Assembly: GCA_964506075.1 (NCBI GenBank)
Contig: CAZDKO010000001.1
Span: 25,637-89,636, forward strand
Length of the DNA: 64,000 bases
Origin: an uncultured bacterium
GTDB taxonomy: Bacteria > CAZDME01 > JAYEMH01
Direction: 5' to 3'
In this document: piece by piece, positions 53,280-63,688 of the stretch
How the letters are laid out: every line of letters starts with the position of its first letter
How positions within the stretch are numbered: the stretch's first letter is position 1
Notes under the pieces: model-generated
The model's database searches: none
What the model saw: the letters and a program-made list of their open reading frames with translations, nothing else
Told to the model about the DNA's origin: nothing
Translations under genes and position numbers: made by a program

Positions 53280-56200
53280 ATGAATTTCGAAGAATTTTTA
53301 AATACATTAGAAGATTATCCTCAATTTAAAGAATGTCTAAAGGAATTATCTTTAAATAAAAACATAGAGGTTACCGGTTTAGTTCCCGGGGCCAAAGCCT
53401 TTTTATTGGCCGGACTGGGAAAATCTTTAGCCAGGCGGATTTTATTGGTTGCGCCGGGTATAGCTGAAGCCGAGCAGATTTCTCAGGATATTAACTCTTT
53501 TGGCCATAAGGTTTATAATTTTCCCGCCTGGGAAATTTTACCCAAGGAAGAGCTTCTGCCGCACAGTGATATTGTCGGAGAGCAGCTCAGGATTTTAAAA
53601 ATTTTAAAAGACGAGAAAAATTATCCACCCGCCTTTTTTGTCGCCTCAGCCAAAGCATTTTATCATAATATTTTATCTCCCTCCCGCTTTGACCATTTGA
53701 GTTTTGAACTGGTTGAAGGTCACGAATGTAATCTGGACGGGCTCATTAAGAAACTGGATAAAGGCGGCTACAGCCGTTTACCCCTGGTTGAAGAAAAAGG
53801 AAATTTTTCTCTCCGGGGAGGCATCCTTGACATTTTCCCTTTAAATGAAGAAAATCCGGTCCGGATAGAATTTTTTGGCGATGAGGTTGAGTCCATCCGC
53901 TATTTTGACCCCCTTACCCAGCGGTCTTTAAAAAAGGTAAAAAGGATTTTTATCCCGCCGGCCCTGATCCAGGGAGAGAGCAGTTTACTGGAATATCTAT
54001 CTTCTGTAGATTCAATAATTCTGGATGAACCGGTTTTAATTAAAGAACAATTAACCGAGACCGTCTGGCAGAGATTTATTTCTTTTTTAAAAAAGAAGAG
54101 TAACCTTTATCTTTCAAGCCTGGCTCAATCTTTACCCGATTTACCGGTTCCTTTAAATATCCGGTTTACCTCCGGAGCAGTCGACGTTTTATGGGAGGAT
54201 TTTTCCGCTTTTATTTTCCGGCTTAAAAAATGGCAGGCAGATGATTTTAAAATTGCCCTGGTTTCTCAAAACGAAGGGGAAGCGACGAGACTTAAAGAAC
54301 TGCTTCAGGAAAATAAGATTGAGGCGACGGAGAATATATTTTTTACCATAGCGGAATTAAATCACGGATTTATTTTACCTGATTTAAAAATAATTTTAAT
54401 TACCGACCGGGAAATTTTTCATCGCTATTCTGAAAAAAGGCCGCGGCAGCGTTTTAAAGGTGGACTGCCTATTTCTACTTACCGGGAGCTGGAAAAAGGT
54501 GATTTAGTGGTTCATCTGAATTACGGTATCGGTAAATATCAAGGGATAAAAAAATTAAAAATTCAAGAGGGGAAAAAAGATTTTCTGGCCATTGAATATC
54601 AAAATAACGATATTCTTTATGTCCCTATAGAACAGGTAAAGCTGGTTCAAAAATATGTCGGGATTGAAGGTAGTGTCCCGAGATTATATAAGCTGGGTGG
54701 AAATGCCTGGTTTAAGGTTTTAAAAAGAACTAAAAAAGCTTTAAGAGACATGGCTTCCGAACTTTTAGCCCTCTACGCTAAAAGGCAGATGAAATCCGGC
54801 TATGCTTTTCCGGCAGACAGCCAATGGCAGCAAGAGTTTGACAGTGCTTTTATCTACGAAGAGACTCCTGACCAGAAAGAAGCGATTCTGGAAGTAAAAA
54901 GAGACCTGGAGAGGTCCCGCCCGATGGACCGTTTGATTTGTGGTGACGTCGGTTACGGGAAAACCGAAGTCGCCATGCGGGCGGCTTTTAAGGTGGCTAC
55001 CGAAGGAAAACAGGTAGCCGTACTTGTCCCCACGACTATTTTAGCCCAGCAGCATTTCTATACCTTTCGCGACCGGATGGCCGATTATCCCATCCGGATT
55101 GAAATGTTAAGCCGCTTTAAAACGCCTGAAGAACAAAAAGAAATTGTTAAAGCCCTGGCGAGTGGAAAAGTAGATATAGTTATCGGTACGCATCGTCTCC
55201 TTCAATCCGATATAAACTTTTATAATCTGGGTTTACTGGTAATTGATGAAGAGCAGCGTTTTGGGGTTGCCCATAAAGAGAAGATAAAAAAAATTAAAGA
55301 ACTGGTCGATGTTTTAACCCTGACGGCGACTCCTATACCGCGCACTCTTTATATGTCTCTTACCGGCATGCGTGATTTAAGCGTTATTGAAACCCCCCCG
55401 CGGGATAGATTGCCTATTGAAACCTTCGTTCTGGAATATGACGAAAAAATCGTGGTGGAAGCCATCAGAAGAGAAAGAGAGAGAGAAGGGCAGGTGTTCT
55501 TTGTTTATAACCGGATAAAACATATTTATAAAGTCGCCGGGAAACTTGGTGAAGTTATGCCCCATTTAAGAATTGGTGTTGCCCACGGAAGGATGAATGA
55601 AAGAGAGCTGGAAAAAGTGATGTTGCGCTTTATTAACCGTGAAATCGACATTTTGGTTTCTACCACTATTATTGAGTCGGGGCTGGATATTCCCAATGTT
55701 AACACCATTATTTTAACTAACGCCCATCAGTATGGCTTAGCCGACCTTTATCAACTTAGAGGCCGGGTCGGCCGATATAAACACCGGGCTTACGCTTATC
55801 TTTTTATTCCCAAAGGAGAGATAATTACCGGGGAAGCCATTAAACGTTTAAAGACCATGGAAGAGTTTACTGAACTGGGGGCAGGAATCCGTATCGCCAT
55901 GCGTGATTTAGAAATTAGAGGGGCAGGTAACGTTCTTGGCCCCCAGCAGCATGGATTTATTACGGCCGTGGGCTTTGATTTATACTGCCGCTTGCTCCAG
56001 GAATCTGTAGCTGAATTAAAGGGGGAGTTTCTGCCTGGACCGAAGCTGGAGACTAAAATTAATCTGGATGTTCCGGAATACATTCCTGACGAGTATATCC
56101 CGGAGGCCAGACAGAAGGTGGAAATTTACGCCAAAATATCTTCCCTGAATTCTTTAGAGGATTTAGAGGACCTGAGGAGAGAACTCATTGACCGGTTTGG

Positions 56201-56492
56201 CTCCCCTGATGAAGAAATGCAGATCCTTCTGGATGTGGCGGAGGTGAGAATGCGGGCTAATTCCCTGGGGATTGAAAGAATATACCGGGAAAAATCTAAC
56301 CGAAGAATTAATCTCCAATTTAATCCTGAACATACGCCCGATATTTCAAAAATTGAGGGTTTGGTTAAAAATAGCGAAGTTCAACTTTATTTTTACCAGG
56401 ATAAAGAGAACCGGGTAAGTCTAAAGCTGAATTGGGATGGAGAGGATAGAGTCGGCCTCTCTCTTTTGAAAAAGATATTGCAGAAGCAGTAA
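53280..56492 (+). CDS. mfd: Transcription-repair coupling factor
   Basis: UvrB-homology N-domains, an RNAP-interacting domain, and a superfamily-2 translocase with Walker [24 protein letters not shown] and [11 protein letters not shown]-terminal TRG-containing domain is present. Length is 1070 aa. Confidence 0.9.
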   Translation: MNFEEFLNTLEDYPQFKECLKELSLNKNIEVTGLVPGAKAFLLAGLGKSLARRILLVAPGIAEAEQISQDINSFGHKVYNFPAWEILPKEELLPHSDIVGEQLRILKILKDEKNYPPAFFVASAKAFYHNILSPSRFDHLSFELVEGHECNLDGLIKKLDKGGYSRLPLVEEKGNFSLRGGILDIFPLNEENPVRIEFFGDEVESIRYFDPLTQRSLKKVKRIFIPPALIQGESSLLEYLSSVDSIILDEPVLIKEQLTETVWQRFISFLKKKSNLYLSSLAQSLPDLPVPLNIRFTSGAVDVLWEDFSAFIFRLKKWQADDFKIALVSQNEGEATRLKELLQENKIEATENIFFTIAELNHGFILPDLKIILITDREIFHRYSEKRPRQRFKGGLPISTYRELEKGDLVVHLNYGIGKYQGIKKLKIQEGKKDFLAIEYQNNDILYVPIEQVKLVQKYVGIEGSVPRLYKLGGNAWFKVLKRTKKALRDMASELLALYAKRQMKSGYAFPADSQWQQEFDSAFIYEETPDQKEAILEVKRDLERSRPMDRLICGDVGYGKTEVAMRAAFKVATEGKQVAVLVPTTILAQQHFYTFRDRMADYPIRIEMLSRFKTPEEQKEIVKALASGKVDIVIGTHRLLQSDINFYNLGLLVIDEEQRFGVAHKEKIKKIKELVDVLTLTATPIPRTLYMSLTGMRDLSVIETPPRDRLPIETFVLEYDEKIVVEAIRREREREGQVFFVYNRIKHIYKVAGKLGEVMPHLRIGVAHGRMNERELEKVMLRFINREIDILVSTTIIESGLDIPNVNTIILTNAHQYGLADLYQLRGRVGRYKHRAYAYLFIPKGEIITGEAIKRLKTMEEFTELGAGIRIAMRDLEIRGAGNVLGPQQHGFITAVGFDLYCRLLQESVAELKGEFLPGPKLETKINLDVPEYIPDEYIPEARQKVEIYAKISSLNSLEDLEDLRRELIDRFGSPDEEMQILLDVAEVRMRANSLGIERIYREKSNRRINLQFNPEHTPDISKIEGLVKNSEVQLYFYQDKENRVSLKLNWDGEDRVGLSLLKKILQKQ

Positions 56493-56635
56493 TGATGTGT
56501 TAGTATTGCATTTATTCATAAATGATTAAATCCGGACCTTAAAAAAGGCAGATGGTAAGCGGAATTAATCGTTTTTTTATTTAAGAGAGGCCACTTAGAG
56601 ATTCGAAGTCTCAATTTATTTAAAGACAGGAATAT

Positions 56636-57631
56636 ATGTTTGAAGGAAAGCCGCGAGTCGCTATTACCATGGGAGATGCCGCTGGTATTGGTCCGGAAGT
56701 AACTCTCAAAGCGCTGTTTGACCCGCAAATTCAAAATTTAGCCCGGTATGTGGTTTTTGGTAATAGCCGCTATTTAAAATTTATAGCTCAAAAAGTTTTA
56801 TATAAAAAAGCTAATGTATATTCTTTAAAAGATATTAAGGATTTAGAGAGACCCGGGAAAGGCATAGCCGTTTTAGATTTTGAGAGTCTCCCCGGTAAAT
56901 TTATCTGGGGAAAAATAAATCCTGAAATAGCCCGGGCGGCTTTAATTTATATTAAAGAGGCGGCCAATTTATGCCTGAAAGGAAAATTTGCGGCTTTAGT
57001 TACGGCCCCGGTAAATAAAGAGGCGATAAATCAAGCCGGATTTAAATTTTCCGGCCATACGGAATTTTTAGCTCAATTTTCCAGGGTTAAAAGTTTTATG
57101 ATGATGCTTATCGGTGGCGGCTGGCGGGTTATCCTGGTGACCCGGCACCAGCCTTTAAAAAAAGTAAGCCGGCTTCTTAGTGTTGATAAGATTGTTGAAG
57201 CCGTTGAATTGGGGGTAGAGGGTTTAAAGAAACTGGGGATTAAAAAACCGCGGATAGCGGTGGCCGCTTTTAATCCGCACGCCGGTGAGGGCGGTGTTCT
57301 GGGGGATGAAGAAGAGAAAATTATTACCCCGGCAGTCAAAAAGATGAAGAAAAAGGGGATAATAGTTTACGGCCCCCTGGCTAGTGACACTTTGTTCCTA
57401 CCCAGGAATAGAGAAAAATATGATGCCCAGGTTGTTATGTATCATGACCAGGGGTTAATCCCGCTTAAAATGAGTGGTTTTGGAAAAGCAGTTAATGTAA
57501 CCTGGGGGTTACCTTTTATCCGGACCTCTCCCGGTCATGGCACGGCTTACGAATTGGCCGGAAAAGGGGAAGCCGACCCCGACAGTATGAAAGAAGCGAT
57601 TAAACTGGCCGTGAAACTGGCTAAAGCATGA
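56636..57631 (+). CDS. pdxA: 4-hydroxythreonine-4-phosphate dehydrogenase
   Basis: PRVAITMGDAAGIGPEV at the N-terminus, ..SGHTEFLA.., and a length of 331 aa fit the PdxA family. Confidence 0.8.
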   Translation: MFEGKPRVAITMGDAAGIGPEVTLKALFDPQIQNLARYVVFGNSRYLKFIAQKVLYKKANVYSLKDIKDLERPGKGIAVLDFESLPGKFIWGKINPEIARAALIYIKEAANLCLKGKFAALVTAPVNKEAINQAGFKFSGHTEFLAQFSRVKSFMMMLIGGGWRVILVTRHQPLKKVSRLLSVDKIVEAVELGVEGLKKLGIKKPRIAVAAFNPHAGEGGVLGDEEEKIITPAVKKMKKKGIIVYGPLASDTLFLPRNREKYDAQVVMYHDQGLIPLKMSGFGKAVNVTWGLPFIRTSPGHGTAYELAGKGEADPDSMKEAIKLAVKLAKA

Positions 57632-57640
57632 ATTGGTGAG

Positions 57641-57736
57641 TGGTTAACTGATTTATCAGTTGGCCGGTTTACCAGTTATCAGTAATCAATTTTCAGAATA
57701 CGGATGACGGTATACGGGTAACGGAATACGGTATAC
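57641..57736. repeat. Heptad tandem array CRGNNNN (at least 9 consecutive units) and shared words with 14521-14560
   Basis: cagttat|cagtaat|caatttt|cagaata|cggatga|cggtata|cgggtaa|cggaata|cggtata. The upstream ccggtttaccagtta also occurs at 14536-14550. Confidence 0.65.
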
Positions 57737-57747
57737 CTGCCTGCAGC

Positions 57748-57778
57748 CCGCCTGTCGGCGGACAGGGCGGACAGGCGG
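57748..57778. repeat. GC-rich hairpin island (ccgcctgtc / gacaggcgg stem, 13-nt loop)
   Basis: The island shares words (cctgtc, gacagg, gccgagag) with the GC island at 40970-41036. It lies about 115 nt after the pdxA stop with no trailing T-run. Confidence 0.45.
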
Positions 57779-57855
57779 CCGAGAGAAGACAAATTTAGTT
57801 ATAGGTTTCACGTTTAGATTAACTAACTACTGGTGGATGATTTCGCCAAAGGATT

Positions 57856-59058
57856 ATGTCAATGATCAGACAAGTTTCAGATAAATACATTATGCCGACT
57901 TATCGCCGGGAGGTTTCTTTAGTTAAAGGCAAAGGAACCGTGGTCTATGACGATAAAGGAAAATCGTATCTTGATTTTATCTCCGGCATTTCAGTTAATA
58001 ACCTTGGATACGGCAATAAAAAAATTGTTGACGCCATCAGGGCTCAGAGTAAGTTGCTTATCCATTGCTCAAATTTATATTATAATGAGCCACAGGCAAA
58101 ATTAGCCGAGTGGCTGGTTAAGCATTCTTTTGGCGATCGGGTTTTTTTCGGTAATAGCGGCGCGGAAGCCATAGAAGGAGCGATCAAACTGGCCAGGAAA
58201 TGTGCCAAGCAGAACGGGCCGCGAAAATTTAAGATTATCTCCATGCAGAATTCTTTCCACGGTCGCACCTTTGGCGCTTTAAGTGCTACGGGACAGACTA
58301 AATATCAAAAGGGTTTTGAACCGATGTTAGAAGGATTTAATTACATCCCTTTTAATGATTTAAAAGCGGCAGAAGAAACGATTGACAGGGATTGCTGTGC
58401 CGTGCTTGTCGAGCCAGTCCAGGGTGAGGGCGGGGTTAATTTAGCGACGAAGGATTTCCTGGCGGGTCTCAAAAACCTTTGTCAAAAAAATAAAGCCCTT
58501 CTTATTTTTGACGAGATTCAATGCGGAATGGGAAGAACCGGGAAACTCTTTGCTTACGAACATTACGGAGTCACTCCTGATATCATGGTTTTAGCTAAAA
58601 GTCTGGGGGGGGGATTGCCTTTGGGAGCAATAGTTGCTGAAGAAAATATCAGCCGCGAATTTTCTCCTTCAACCCACGCCTCCACTTTTGGAGGCAACCC
58701 GGTCAGCTGCGCCGCCGGTTTAGCTTTTTGTAAACAACTGGAAGCGAAAGGATTTTTAGATAAAGTAACTGAAAAAGGAGATTATTTTAAAAATAAACTG
58801 GAAAATTTGAAGAAGGATTTTAAGTATATTAAGGAAATACGCGGCCAGGGTTTAATGATCGGTATGGAGCTGAACTTAAACGGCAGATTTTTAGCGACTA
58901 AATGTCTTTATGCGGGTTTATTGATTAATTGCACCGGCGATACAGTTTTAAGATTTCTGCCTCCGCTGACGGTTAAACGGACAGAGATTGATAAGGCAAT
59001 TCAAATAATGAAGACAGCCTTTAAGGAGTATTTTGAGAAGGTTGAAGGTAAACGTTAG
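57856..59058 (+). CDS. argD: Acetylornithine aminotransferase (class III PLP aminotransferase)
   Basis: Class III aminotransferase motifs (..GNSGAEAIEGAIKLARK.., DEIQCGMGRTGKLFA, a PLP Lys in VLAKSLGGG). It lies in a cluster with argF, argG and argH. Confidence 0.8.
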   Translation: MSMIRQVSDKYIMPTYRREVSLVKGKGTVVYDDKGKSYLDFISGISVNNLGYGNKKIVDAIRAQSKLLIHCSNLYYNEPQAKLAEWLVKHSFGDRVFFGNSGAEAIEGAIKLARKCAKQNGPRKFKIISMQNSFHGRTFGALSATGQTKYQKGFEPMLEGFNYIPFNDLKAAEETIDRDCCAVLVEPVQGEGGVNLATKDFLAGLKNLCQKNKALLIFDEIQCGMGRTGKLFAYEHYGVTPDIMVLAKSLGGGLPLGAIVAEENISREFSPSTHASTFGGNPVSCAAGLAFCKQLEAKGFLDKVTEKGDYFKNKLENLKKDFKYIKEIRGQGLMIGMELNLNGRFLATKCLYAGLLINCTGDTVLRFLPPLTVKRTEIDKAIQIMKTAFKEYFEKVEGKR

Positions 59059-59091
59059 AAAAGGAGACTTTTCTAACGGTAAATCTTAGAG

Positions 59092-60033
59092 GTGAAAATG
59101 TTAAAGAAAGATTTGATTTCCATTACCGAGCTTTCCCGTGAGGATATAAAACTCATATTCGATTGGACGGTGAAGATTAAACGCAGTAAAAATGGAGGGA
59201 AGGGTTTACTGTCGGGGAAAAGTCTGGGCTTAATTTTTGAAAAACCTTCCAGCCGGACGCGTATCTCCTTTGAAGTGGCGATGTATCAGTTAGGAGGCCA
59301 GGCAATCTACCTCGGGGAGGAGCAGATTCAGTTAGGGAAACGGGAAAGTGTGGCTGATGTGGCCAGGACGGTTTCCCGTTATATTGATGGGGTGGTCTTA
59401 CGGACTTTTTCTCACGAGACAATTCTTGAATTTGCCCGTTTTGCTTCCATCGCGGTTATCAACGGTCTTTCTGATTTATACCATCCCTGTCAGGTTTTAG
59501 CCGACATTTTCACTTTTAATGAACTTAAGGGAAAAATAAAAGGCAAAACGGTTGCTTTTATTGGCGATGGTAACAACGTTGCTCGTTCCTGGATCTGGGG
59601 AGCAGCTAAGACGGGGATAAACCTGGTTCTTTCTTCGCCTTTACAATATAAGATTGAAGAGACCCTGATTAAAGAAGCAGATAAAATAGCCAGAAAAAAT
59701 GGCGGTAGTATTCAATTTGAAATGGAACCGCATCAAGCAGTAAAAAATGCCGATCTTATTTATACGGATGTCTGGGTGAGTATGGGACAGGAAGAAGAGA
59801 GAGAAAAACGGGAAAAAAGTTTTGCTGCCTACCAGGTGAATGATGAACTTTTGTCTTTAGCTAATCCAGACTGTCTGGTGATGCACTGTTTACCGGCGCA
59901 TCGTGGGGAAGAAATAACCAATAGCGTCCTTGACGGTAAACACTCAGTCGTCTGGGATGAAGCGGAAAACCGTCTCCACGTGCAAAAAGCCATTCTTTAT
60001 TTACTATTGGGAAAAAAATTAGTTAATTTTTAG
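59092..60033 (+). CDS. argF: Ornithine carbamoyltransferase
   Basis: STRTR carbamoyl-phosphate motif (SSRTRISFEVA), DVWVSMGQEEE (the OTC SMG motif) and HCLP. Confidence 0.85.
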   Translation: MKMLKKDLISITELSREDIKLIFDWTVKIKRSKNGGKGLLSGKSLGLIFEKPSSRTRISFEVAMYQLGGQAIYLGEEQIQLGKRESVADVARTVSRYIDGVVLRTFSHETILEFARFASIAVINGLSDLYHPCQVLADIFTFNELKGKIKGKTVAFIGDGNNVARSWIWGAAKTGINLVLSSPLQYKIEETLIKEADKIARKNGGSIQFEMEPHQAVKNADLIYTDVWVSMGQEEEREKREKSFAAYQVNDELLSLANPDCLVMHCLPAHRGEEITNSVLDGKHSVVWDEAENRLHVQKAILYLLLGKKLVNF

Positions 60034-60097
60034 GAAATAGTATCCAGTGTTTAGCAGACGTTAATCACTAACGACTGATGAATGGAAGGGGGATAAA

Positions 60098-60874
60098 ATG
60101 GCAAAAGAAAGTATGGGATTTTGGAAAAGCGTGATTAATAGTTTTAATCCGAATAGCTACGTAAAAATTACCGGACAAAAATTCGGCCGGAGCTTTTTGT
60201 ATCTCTTCCTTTTAATCATCACCATCTCTCTTTTTCTTTCGGTAAGGTTAAGTTCAACTATAGTTCACTTAACGAGTGAATTCGTAGGTAAAGTTGGTGA
60301 AAAAATCCCTGAAATCAGGATTACCGAAGGGGTAGTTTCAGTTCCAATTGCCCAGCCGTATGTTTACGTGGTAGAAAACTATGCTTTTATCATCGATACT
60401 ACCGGACAGGTTAGTTCTCTGGATGATTATGATTCAGGGATGCTTCTGACCAGGGATAAACTTATTTATAAAGATAAAGCCAGGATGAAAACCGAAAGTT
60501 ACGATTTGTCAAAAATAAATTCACTTTATCTGACTCCGGAAACATTAAATAATTGGCTGAGGAAGGGAAGCAAGGTATTAATTCCTATATTGTTTATTAT
60601 TCTGGTAATTTATTATCTGGTGGCAAAGAACATACAGCTTTTTCTATTCAGTTTAGCCGCCCTTCTGGCTAACCAGATTAAGAACAAAAAATTGAGTTAT
60701 CACGAACTTTTAAATATCGGGGTTTACGCGTTGACTCCGCCGACTCTTCTGGCGTCTGTTATGATTCTTTTTAATCTTAGGTTTCCTCTTTTTGGCTTAA
60801 TCTATAGTTTGCTTTATATACTCATTATAGTCTTAGCGGTCGGAAGAATTCCACAGCAGGGAGAAGTTAAATGA
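60098..60874 (+). CDS. Hypothetical polytopic membrane protein embedded in the arg cluster
   Basis: Four or five TM helices. The stop overlaps the argG start (ATGA). Confidence 0.45.
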   Translation: MAKESMGFWKSVINSFNPNSYVKITGQKFGRSFLYLFLLIITISLFLSVRLSSTIVHLTSEFVGKVGEKIPEIRITEGVVSVPIAQPYVYVVENYAFIIDTTGQVSSLDDYDSGMLLTRDKLIYKDKARMKTESYDLSKINSLYLTPETLNNWLRKGSKVLIPILFIILVIYYLVAKNIQLFLFSLAALLANQIKNKKLSYHELLNIGVYALTPPTLLASVMILFNLRFPLFGLIYSLLYILIIVLAVGRIPQQGEVK

Positions 60875-62073
60875 ATAAAAAGAAAATTGTTTTAGCCTAT
60901 TCCGGCGGATTAGATACATCGGTGGCCATATCCTGGCTTAAAAAAGAACGAGGGCTGGAAGTAATTGCTCTTTTAGTTGACCTCGGTCAGCCCAAGGATC
61001 TTACCCGGGTGAAAGATAAAGCTTTAAAAATTGGGGCGAGTTCTGCTTATTTAATTGACGCCAAAGAGGAATTTTTAAAGGAATATGTTTATCCGGCGCT
61101 TAAGGCCGGGGCAGTTTATGAAGGTAAGTATTTCCTGGCTACGGCCCTGGGGCGGCCTTTAATCGCTAAAAAACTTGTTGAAGTCGCCCGTCGGGAAAAG
61201 GCGGATTTCGTTGCCCATGGCTGCACCGGCAAAGGCAACGATCAGGTTCGGTTTGAAGTGTCCATCATGGCTTTAAATCCCCGGTTAAAAGTCATCGCTC
61301 CTATCCGGGAGTGGACTTTAAAAACCCGGGAAGAATCGATGATTTATGCTAAAAAAAATAACATCCCGATTGACCAGACTAAAAAATCACCTTATAGTCT
61401 TGACGAAAATCTCTGGGGAGTAAGCATTGAATGCGGGGTGCTGGAGGACCCGACTAATGTTCCGCCGGATGATGCTTATCATTATACACAGTCTTTAAAA
61501 AAAGCGCCTGATAAAGCTCAAACGGTAGAAATAGAGTTTAAAGAGGGAATTCCGCTTAAGCTCAACAATAAAAGTTTAAGCCCGGTAGAACTGGTTTTAG
61601 AACTGAGTAAAATTGGGGGGGAGCATGGGATTGGACGGACCGATTTAGTGGAAAACCGGCTGGTCGGTATTAAATCACGTGAAATTTATGAGGCCCCGGC
61701 GGCAAAAATTCTTCATACCGCTCACCGCGCCTTAGAAGAATTAACCCTGGACCGGGAGACATTTCATTTTAAAGAAGGCGTGGCTTTAAAGTATGCCGAA
61801 CTTGTATATTACGGTTATTGGTTTTCTCCTTTAAGGGAGGCGCTCGATGCTTTTATTGATGTCTCCCAGAAAAATGTTACTGGCCAGATTCAAATGAGTC
61901 TTTATAAAGGAAACTGTGAAGTGCTAAGTCGTAAATCACCTTATAGTCTATACCAGAAGAATTTAGCTACTTATGAAAAGGGAGATATATTTGACCAGAG
62001 TTTAGCCGAGGGTTTTATTAAACTCTGGGGGCTGCCGCTTAAGGTTCAAGCGGAATTGAAGAAGAAAGATTGA
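60871..62073 (+). CDS. argG: Argininosuccinate synthase
   Basis: IVLAYSGGLDTSVAISWLK (PP-loop) and ..HGCTGKGNDQVRFE.. are the argG signatures. Confidence 0.9.
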   Translation: MNKKKIVLAYSGGLDTSVAISWLKKERGLEVIALLVDLGQPKDLTRVKDKALKIGASSAYLIDAKEEFLKEYVYPALKAGAVYEGKYFLATALGRPLIAKKLVEVARREKADFVAHGCTGKGNDQVRFEVSIMALNPRLKVIAPIREWTLKTREESMIYAKKNNIPIDQTKKSPYSLDENLWGVSIECGVLEDPTNVPPDDAYHYTQSLKKAPDKAQTVEIEFKEGIPLKLNNKSLSPVELVLELSKIGGEHGIGRTDLVENRLVGIKSREIYEAPAAKILHTAHRALEELTLDRETFHFKEGVALKYAELVYYGYWFSPLREALDAFIDVSQKNVTGQIQMSLYKGNCEVLSRKSPYSLYQKNLATYEKGDIFDQSLAEGFIKLWGLPLKVQAELKKKD

Positions 62074-62148
62074 ATTATACTATAAAACGTTCACTGCGTT
62101 CACTAGTGATTAGTTAAATGGTTAATTAGTTAACTGGTTGAAAGGTAT

Positions 62149-62215
62149 GTAGTCGTTAGTGAATAGTATTTAGAAGGGTTTACTAAATACTAACGACTAT
62201 TCACCAATGACTGGT
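62149..62215. repeat. Inverted pair of heptad arrays: TAGNNNN x4 then NNNNACT x5
   Basis: tagtcgt|tagtgaa|tagtatt|tagaagg then gtttact|aaatact|aacgact|attcacc|aatgact. The arms can pair (tagtatttag / ctaaatacta, gtcgtta / taacgac). The word AGTCGTTAGTGA also occurs at 60061-60085 in reverse complement. Confidence 0.55.
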
Positions 62216-62240
62216 CAACTTATACAACCGGGAGGACATC

Positions 62241-63614
62241 ATGAAACTTTGGGGAGGACGGTTCAGGAAAAAAACCCATCCAAAGGCAGAAGAATTTCTT
62301 TCATCCATTTCCTTCGACCAGCGGCTTTACCGTGAAGATATTGAGGGAAGTATCGCCCACGCCAAGATGCTGGGTGCTTCTGGTATTATTACTGAAAAAG
62401 AAGCCGAATCAATGGTCAAAGGTTTAGAAGAGATAAAAGGAGAAATAGAGAAAGGACAAATCCATTTTCTTGAAGAAGAAGATATCCATATGGCCATAGA
62501 AGAATACCTGGCTAAAAAAATCGGTGAGACGGCCGGGAAGCTTCATACCGCCCGCAGCCGTAATGACCAGGTGGCGCTGGATATGCGTCTTTTTTTACGC
62601 CGGGAAATCAAGGCAATTTCTAATTTGATTGAGACGTTAGAAAGGGTTATCCTGGATAAAGCTTCGGAAAATATCAAAGTGATTATGCCCGGGTTTACCC
62701 ATCTCCAGCACGCTCAGCCCGTTCTTTTTTCGCATCACCTTTTGACCTATTTTTATATGCTTAACCGCGATAAAAGCCGTCTGGATGATTGTTTAAAAAG
62801 GGTCAACGTTTTACCTCTGGGTTCGGCGGCAATAGCCGGGACTTCTTTACCCATTGACCGCGAATACGTCGCCAAGCTTTTGGATTTCCCGGAAATTTCT
62901 CCTCATTCAATTGATGCGGTAAGCGACCGGGATTTTATCGTTGAATTCGTGGCGACGAGCGCCATCATCGCCATGCATCTTTCCCGTTTCAGTGAAGAGT
63001 TGATTTTATGGGTCACGACGGAGTTCGGTTTTATTTCCATCGGTGATGATTTCTGTACCGGTAGCAGCCTTATGCCGCAGAAAAAAAATCCTGACGTGGC
63101 CGAATTGGTGCGGGCCAAAACCGGACGGGTATACGGGAATTTAATTCAGATTCTAACTATCTTGAAAGGTCTCCCGCTGGCTTATAACCGGGACATGCAG
63201 GAGGATAAAATTTCTCTTTTTGATACGGTGGACACTATAAAAGAAATCCTTTCTGTTTTTTCCGATATGCTTAAGACAGTGGAAATAAATAAAGAAAAAA
63301 TGGAGAAAGAAGCCCAACAAGGATATCTCCTGGCAACTGACTTAGCCGAATATCTGGTTAAAAAAGGGGTTCCTTTTCGTGAGGCGCACATATCGGTGGG
63401 GAAACTGGTAAAATATGCGGAGGAGCACGAGAAAAAATTAGAAAACCTGACCCTGGATGAATTTAAAGCTTTTTCTTATCAGTTTGAAAAAGATGTTTAC
63501 CAGATAATGAACCTGGATGTATCGGTTAACTCTAAAAAATCATCAGGAGGAACCTCTCCGGATAATGTAGAGAAGATGATTTCCGAAGCGAGAAAACAAA
63601 TAGGGAATGGTTAA
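62241..63614 (+). CDS. argH: Argininosuccinate lyase
   Basis: MKLWGGRF at the N-terminus. The fumarate-lyase signature is GSSLMPQKKNPD. Length is 457 aa. Confidence 0.9.
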   Translation: MKLWGGRFRKKTHPKAEEFLSSISFDQRLYREDIEGSIAHAKMLGASGIITEKEAESMVKGLEEIKGEIEKGQIHFLEEEDIHMAIEEYLAKKIGETAGKLHTARSRNDQVALDMRLFLRREIKAISNLIETLERVILDKASENIKVIMPGFTHLQHAQPVLFSHHLLTYFYMLNRDKSRLDDCLKRVNVLPLGSAAIAGTSLPIDREYVAKLLDFPEISPHSIDAVSDRDFIVEFVATSAIIAMHLSRFSEELILWVTTEFGFISIGDDFCTGSSLMPQKKNPDVAELVRAKTGRVYGNLIQILTILKGLPLAYNRDMQEDKISLFDTVDTIKEILSVFSDMLKTVEINKEKMEKEAQQGYLLATDLAEYLVKKGVPFREAHISVGKLVKYAEEHEKKLENLTLDEFKAFSYQFEKDVYQIMNLDVSVNSKKSSGGTSPDNVEKMISEARKQIGNG

Positions 63615-63688
63615 TTGGTGATTAGCAATTTAAATCACGGTTTTATTAATTAACCAGTAACCAATTAACCATTTAACCAAATAAAAGT

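Noticed and set aside
62149-62215. ArgR (ARG box) operator upstream of argH, based on GTGAATAGTATT / ACTATTCAC
   Set aside because: Only one half (TGAAT) matches the TNTGAATWWWWATTCANW consensus. The region is better explained as TAGNNNN/NNNNACT heptad arrays of the same family seen at many loci unrelated to arginine.
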